NCBI GenBank assembly: GCA_964360815.1
Contig: CAYHYA010000002.1
Coordinates: 1,371 to 65,370, forward strand
Reading direction: 5' to 3'
DNA length: 64,000 nt
Source: an uncultured Candidatus Saccharibacteria bacterium
Lineage (GTDB): Bacteria > Patescibacteriota > Minisyncoccia > Phycocordibacterales > JACOZG01
Of this stretch, positions 59,734 through 64,000 are shown one piece after another (the first letter of the stretch is position 1; the number at the start of each line of letters is the position of its first letter). A program made the translations under genes and the position numbers. Under the pieces are notes generated by a model. That model was not told the origin of the DNA, searched no databases, and saw only the letters and a list, made by a program, of their open reading frames with translations.

Positions 59734-60489
59734 CTACTTAAACAACTCCTTAAATTCTGGCGATGTTTCTGCCACCTCTTTCCAAAGATAGTATTCGGTG
59801 CCGTTGAATTTATAAATAAACACCAGTGCTTTTTCGTTTTCATCTCTATAACCAACAGCAATTTCCTGGATTTTGTCATCATCAATATCTCTAATATAAG
59901 CAAGTTCGGCATCGCCAACCAAAATAGTCCATCCGTATTTAATTTTTATTGAAGATACTGTTGATTCTTGAATTTCAATTGGTGTAATAATTTTGAATTT
60001 ATCACTCGTAAATTTATAGACATAGAAGGCACCACTTCTTCCTGTCACTCCTAGATCTCCGGCCCAAACAATTTCATCAATTCCATCGTTGTCAATGTCT
60101 AAAAAACTCACATATGGACTATCGATGTAATCTTCACTTTCCCAGAATAAGACGGGTTGGTTGTTGACAAGCTTAAATACAAGAATTCCACCAAACATCC
60201 GTCCAGGTTTATTGTTTAATGAACCATCAAGTCGGTATGTTTCGCTGTATCCAGTTAATAAGTATGTTTCGCCATTAATTTTTGTTGTTCTTAATTTGTC
60301 AGGATGTTCCATCGCATCCTGTATCGCTATCTCTCTATTACTTAATTCTTCTTTTTCTATTATTGGTTGGGGAATATTGTCGGGATCCTTAATGGTTGGA
60401 GAGACTTGTGAGTGATTAAAAAATATCAAAACTAATAAAATTATAATTCCGCCGGCGTAAATAATATTTTTGAGTGTTAGATATTTCAT
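59734..60489 (-). CDS. Putative immunity/partner protein 1 (cognate to the full-length gene)
   Basis: Starts 4 nt after the main gene's stop; TM, GGILVF...FWES, DIDNDGIDE, YYLWKEVAETSPEFKELFK. Confidence 0.72.
   Translation of the reverse strand: MKYLTLKNIIYAGGIIILLVLIFFNHSQVSPTIKDPDNIPQPIIEKEELSNREIAIQDAMEHPDKLRTTKINGETYLLTGYSETYRLDGSLNNKPGRMFGGILVFKLVNNQPVLFWESEDYIDSPYVSFLDIDNDGIDEIVWAGDLGVTGRSGAFYVYKFTSDKFKIITPIEIQESTVSSIKIKYGWTILVGDAELAYIRDIDDDKIQEIAVGYRDENEKALVFIYKFNGTEYYLWKEVAETSPEFKELFK
59741..59797. repeat. 57-bp conserved 3'-end repeat, copy 3
   Basis: Two mismatches versus copy 2 by eye. Confidence 0.9.
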
Positions 60490-60493
60490 ATGA

Positions 60494-63400
60494 TTATTTA
60501 TAATTACTCGTATAAATTCGACATACATCTGGTCTATACAGTGGGCCAGAATTATAACGCCTCAAGGCTTCACTCCACCCAGCACAATTATCATTGGGGA
60601 CGAGCTGTCCACCACTCCTAATAAATTTACTTTTCAAAATAGCGGCCGCCGCCTCTACACCCAACTCGACATCATCAACAAGACTGTGGGGACTATGATA
60701 GTCTTTCATAACCAAATTACCTTCTGGATCCTCCACTTCGGTTGCTTCGGCATACATCACATGACCCAATCCATAACTGGAAGAGATCAAGAATTGAGGT
60801 GTGAAATTACCGGTAAAGCCCGCAGGGTTACCAAAAGCTGGCCAACCTTGGCTCGTACGTCCGTTATCAATATCGCGGTCGTTCGCATAAAGTTCGGCTA
60901 CAGTAATGGGAATTTTATCATGGGGTGTTCGATCCGTCATTATAATTCCTCGATATTGCCAGCCCCCGTTTCTTGTATTCTTAAGAGTGGTGCGATAATC
61001 TCTCGGTAAAGAACTCACTCGTGGTCCATCCAAAAGGGTTGACCCTTGGGAGTTTTTCCCAGCCAGAACGTAGTAAGAAAATGGTAAATTATCCATACCA
61101 ATTGATGGATTGGGACCTGAAAAATTTTCATAATCCCTCTTGGGTTCATAACGAGAGGTTCTGGGATCAAATATTCTATCTGTTTGCGTTTCTTTGTGAA
61201 TAATTGCCTTAAGTATTCCAGGGGGAATACCATATTTGTTAGCATTATTAGTAATTTCTACATCATACATGTTGTATACATTTCCAATCTTCATCTCTTC
61301 ATCCTCAACTATCCGCACCCCGACGCTAGCGTTCGTGCCGTAACCGGACCGAAGTAAGATGGGGCCGGTGACTTGGTCGAGCGGCGGGCGATCCGTTCTC
61401 ACAATACCAGTTTCGTCCCACTCATGAATCGTGGTACCGGCGAGAGTGGAAGTATAGCGCGCGTGCCAATTTATAGATTGTCCGCGGATAAATGACTGAT
61501 TTTTATTCGGCAAAATAATGTTGGCTATCAAATTCGGAAGAAGATGCTGCCGCCAAAAATTCTCCCAACCGTTCGGCCATTCTTCGACCGTATAGCCACC
61601 GTTCAGACCCTCACCAATAGCGTACGTCGCATCACCACCGGCAAAGTCAATGGCGAGATAAAATAAACCTTGCCAGTCGTTATAAGTGAGCGGCGCCGTC
61701 GGCGTGTAAATAATTTTACCGGCGGCGACGGCGTTATGGAAAGCGGTTTTGAGGGCTGATGAAATAACCAGAGAATCGATCTCGCTATCATTCGCGGCGG
61801 TAATCTTTTTAAGCGTTACGCCCGGAAACTCGCCGGCCGCGACCAGCTTCAAGCCCTTCACCGTGGCCACCGCTTCAACGTCAAAATCATTTTCAAAAAT
61901 ATCGGACTCGTCTTGGGAGGCCTGAAGACCGAACAACGCCGCAAATTCTTCAAGATGAGCGTTGGCCTCTTCGTCGAAACGATTGAAATATCGCACCTTG
62001 GCAAAAGAATCTATGCGTAAACCTTGCCAGTCGAAAGAATAGGGTTCGCTCTCATCAAACACCACTTCGAGCCCGTTAGACACCGTGGCTCGAGTGGCGG
62101 TGTGGGTGAAAGCGCCACCGATGATGTCGGTGAGTTCCTGTTGCGTTTCGGCTAGTCGGTATAAATAATCCACGGCCGTCCGATAAAGTTTCTGATCTCT
62201 CACCAAGCTCGTACTGCCGCCGTCTTCGGCCGATCTTTGATCGGGCGATACCACCCGGTCAGTATTGAAGGCGAGCGCGTCCGTACTGCCGGCAATAATT
62301 TTCTGCTCGTGCGTGGCGGGAATTTCCGTCCTCATGTCACCCTCTTCATCTCGAACCGGAACGGCAAACTCTATCGAATACGACTCCGCGCGGCCGAGCG
62401 TGGAGGCGGCGCGGCCGAGAGCCACGACTCGACCGTTGATTTTCAGGGTTGGTTTAACCTCAACTAGCGCGAGTGGCACAACGTCATAGATGGTGTCAAA
62501 ACTATCAATGATCGTCTGGTCTTCAGGTGTCGCCGGATCGTGAGTCACTAATATCTCGTTATCAGCTAGATCAGAAACATAGGCCCGGTGATCAAGGATT
62601 ACATTTTCTTGCTCGTTTTTGATGGTGAATCTGATCGAATGACGGAAGGGAGTCGGAACGTAGGCGTCAACACCTAAAACGGTAACGATTTTATACGGCA
62701 ACGAGCCGGGAATAAAATCAAGATTTTGCAATTTAGGATATGAACGCGTCAGTGCTTCGGTATAGGTTAAGTCAGGATAATACTCCGGGCGAGCCGAGGT
62801 GAGAGATAGTTCTACTTCTCTTTTGAATGCTTCTAGTGGTTCCAGATCGCCGTAGTCGCCCGCAAGATAACGATCAAAAAATTCTTCCGTGATAAAACCC
62901 TGGCCCTTCAGGTGTTCGACGACATCAATAAAACGCTCGTAATAATATGCATTGATGCTCGGCTCTAGTGGCACCCACTGGGCGATGCCGCCGTCATTCG
63001 GATCAGCTCCGCGACTGTAGCCGTAGGGTATATGCGCCTCGACATAAGTATGTTCAACCACGAAAAAATACGGTTCGTCATTGAGAGTGTAAAGGGTGTA
63101 GGGAATTTTTTCGAGTGACAGAATCCGAGCGGCGGCAATGGGCGAGTCAACGCCCAACCAATCAGTCATCGTTCTCAAGTTAACTTTGATGTCGGCGCGA
63201 CGATAACGAGCCGGGACCCCGCTCGAGCGAAGCATGGCCACCAGCAACGAGGCTTTGTCCATGTCGTTGCCCGCCCGCTCGAGCAGGGTGGCATGAGCCC
63301 CCTTCTTTGATCCAAAATACGGCACGTGGCTAACTTCGTTTCGGACAAAATTGAGCATTGCAAGCGGATCGTGGTTAAGCTCGTCAGCTTTGTTTTGAAT

Positions 63401-63898
63401 GGCTGGCGTAAATTTGATCTCATCGCCTTCCCCGAGATAATTGAGCGGATCACCGACCGAATCGATTGGCCGAGCTGATGAATTTACCATGCTTTCTGTT
63501 TCTTGAAACACGGCCACCGGCCTCGTGTTGATTCGGCCGGAAAAAGTTTCGACTCTAAACGGCTCCTGTTCAGTGAGCCGGCCGATGGTCGGTTGAACCG
63601 GAACTTTTTTCTGACGGGCGCTTGGCTGGCGCGCTTCATACGCATTAAGCCGATCAAGGGCCACCGACGGCAGATGGCTAGCCAAAAGATGTTGCCTAAC
63701 CGCCGCGAGTTGTGCTGCCTTAGAGAGGTTGGGATTTTTCTTGAATTTGGCATTGCCACCGACAGTCTGTGAAGATGAAATATTTTTAATTACCGGGTTC
63801 TCAATCAGGGGCAAGGCCTCCATCACGGGGGCCACCGGTGTTAGAGCAAACGAAAAAAGCAAAAGGGCTGACGGAATCTTTATGTCTAATCCCCTCAT
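60494..63898 (-). CDS. Large secreted protein: transglutaminase-like domain, stalk and C-terminal lysozyme/SLT-like tip
   Basis: Signal peptide from MRGLDIK (ATGA overlap with the upstream gene); AGNDMDKASLL..MLR..GVPARY, HTYVEA, WVPLEP; tip ILKAIIHKET, SSYGLGHV, ALRRYNSG. Confidence 0.8.
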   Translation of the reverse strand: MRGLDIKIPSALLLFSFALTPVAPVMEALPLIENPVIKNISSSQTVGGNAKFKKNPNLSKAAQLAAVRQHLLASHLPSVALDRLNAYEARQPSARQKKVPVQPTIGRLTEQEPFRVETFSGRINTRPVAVFQETESMVNSSARPIDSVGDPLNYLGEGDEIKFTPAIQNKADELNHDPLAMLNFVRNEVSHVPYFGSKKGAHATLLERAGNDMDKASLLVAMLRSSGVPARYRRADIKVNLRTMTDWLGVDSPIAAARILSLEKIPYTLYTLNDEPYFFVVEHTYVEAHIPYGYSRGADPNDGGIAQWVPLEPSINAYYYERFIDVVEHLKGQGFITEEFFDRYLAGDYGDLEPLEAFKREVELSLTSARPEYYPDLTYTEALTRSYPKLQNLDFIPGSLPYKIVTVLGVDAYVPTPFRHSIRFTIKNEQENVILDHRAYVSDLADNEILVTHDPATPEDQTIIDSFDTIYDVVPLALVEVKPTLKINGRVVALGRAASTLGRAESYSIEFAVPVRDEEGDMRTEIPATHEQKIIAGSTDALAFNTDRVVSPDQRSAEDGGSTSLVRDQKLYRTAVDYLYRLAETQQELTDIIGGAFTHTATRATVSNGLEVVFDESEPYSFDWQGLRIDSFAKVRYFNRFDEEANAHLEEFAALFGLQASQDESDIFENDFDVEAVATVKGLKLVAAGEFPGVTLKKITAANDSEIDSLVISSALKTAFHNAVAAGKIIYTPTAPLTYNDWQGLFYLAIDFAGGDATYAIGEGLNGGYTVEEWPNGWENFWRQHLLPNLIANIILPNKNQSFIRGQSINWHARYTSTLAGTTIHEWDETGIVRTDRPPLDQVTGPILLRSGYGTNASVGVRIVEDEEMKIGNVYNMYDVEITNNANKYGIPPGILKAIIHKETQTDRIFDPRTSRYEPKRDYENFSGPNPSIGMDNLPFSYYVLAGKNSQGSTLLDGPRVSSLPRDYRTTLKNTRNGGWQYRGIIMTDRTPHDKIPITVAELYANDRDIDNGRTSQGWPAFGNPAGFTGNFTPQFLISSSYGLGHVMYAEATEVEDPEGNLVMKDYHSPHSLVDDVELGVEAAAAILKSKFIRSGGQLVPNDNCAGWSEALRRYNSGPLYRPDVCRIYTSNYK
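61314..61811. repeat. 498-bp direct repeat, copy 2 (inside the full-length gene)
   Basis: Encodes KKITAAND...TNASVGVR, ending just before the variable tip. Confidence 0.93.
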
Positions 63899-64000
63899 TC
63901 GTGTTCGCTTTGGATGCGGCCCCAGAGGGTGCGGAGTTCGTTGATCGCCATTCCCCCCTCGTCTTTGTTTGGCGGTTTGCCGTGCCACTCATAACGCCGT
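63895..64000 (-). CDS. 3' end of an upstream gene (partial)
   Basis: Open frame RRYEWHGKPPNKDEGGMAINELRTLWGRIQSEHE*, whose TGA overlaps the ATG at 63898. Confidence 0.55.
   Translation of the reverse strand, partial: RRYEWHGKPPNKDEGGMAINELRTLWGRIQSEHE

Noticed and set aside
54439-59797. 57-bp repeats as CRISPR repeats or integron attC sites
   Set aside because: Spaced 2-3.3 kb apart, protein-coding, no conserved palindrome, and no cas or integrase genes seen.
57949-61811. 498-bp repeat as a diversity-generating retroelement TR/VR pair or an assembly artefact
   Set aside because: No adenine-specific mismatches and no reverse transcriptase in the window. Both copies end at the same domain boundary and continue in frame into different but homologous tips, which an artefact is unlikely to produce (long reads would settle it).
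63900-63995. GGCAAACC-containing stretch as a c-di-GMP-I riboswitch
   Set aside because: Lacks the GAAA-loop/GGGACGCAAAGC elements; better explained as the coding 3' end of the upstream gene.
1-64000. tRNA/rRNA genes and alternative genetic code (UGA = Gly)
   Set aside because: No cloverleaf or rRNA signature seen in the short intergenic regions; conserved genes end properly at TGA and read through without internal stops.

Overview
Chromosomal segment of a small-genome bacterium using the standard code (TGA = stop). Gene content, shortened tRNA synthetases and -10 boxes placed directly before start codons point to Patescibacteria/CPR (Parcubacteria-like; inference). About 1-50 kb is mostly housekeeping on the minus strand: cysS, corA, ctpA, rplI, rpmA, gltX, murG-ftsW-mraY, scpAB, aspS, trpS, the infA-rpmJ-rpsMKD-rpoA-rplQM-rpsI-grpE-dnaK-dnaJ run, alaS, mnmA, mltG, leuS and a transketolase C-terminal subunit. 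It is interrupted by self-contained ORFan units, an AT-rich decarboxylase + PurD-like ligase + sensor kinase module, and a Type I R-M island carrying an OLD-type ATPase-TOPRIM gene and a half-size HsdS. The most striking region is 50-64 kb. A large secreted protein with a probably inactive transglutaminase-like domain ends in a lysozyme/SLT-like tip. It is followed by a start-less alternative tip fused to an apparently identical 498-bp copy of the main gene, plus a third cryptic tip fragment. Each tip is coupled to a membrane-anchored paralog (DxxxDG repeats) ending in a conserved 57-bp sequence. This looks like a cassette-swapping polymorphic muramidase/immunity-type system. No rRNA, tRNA or CRISPR array was seen.
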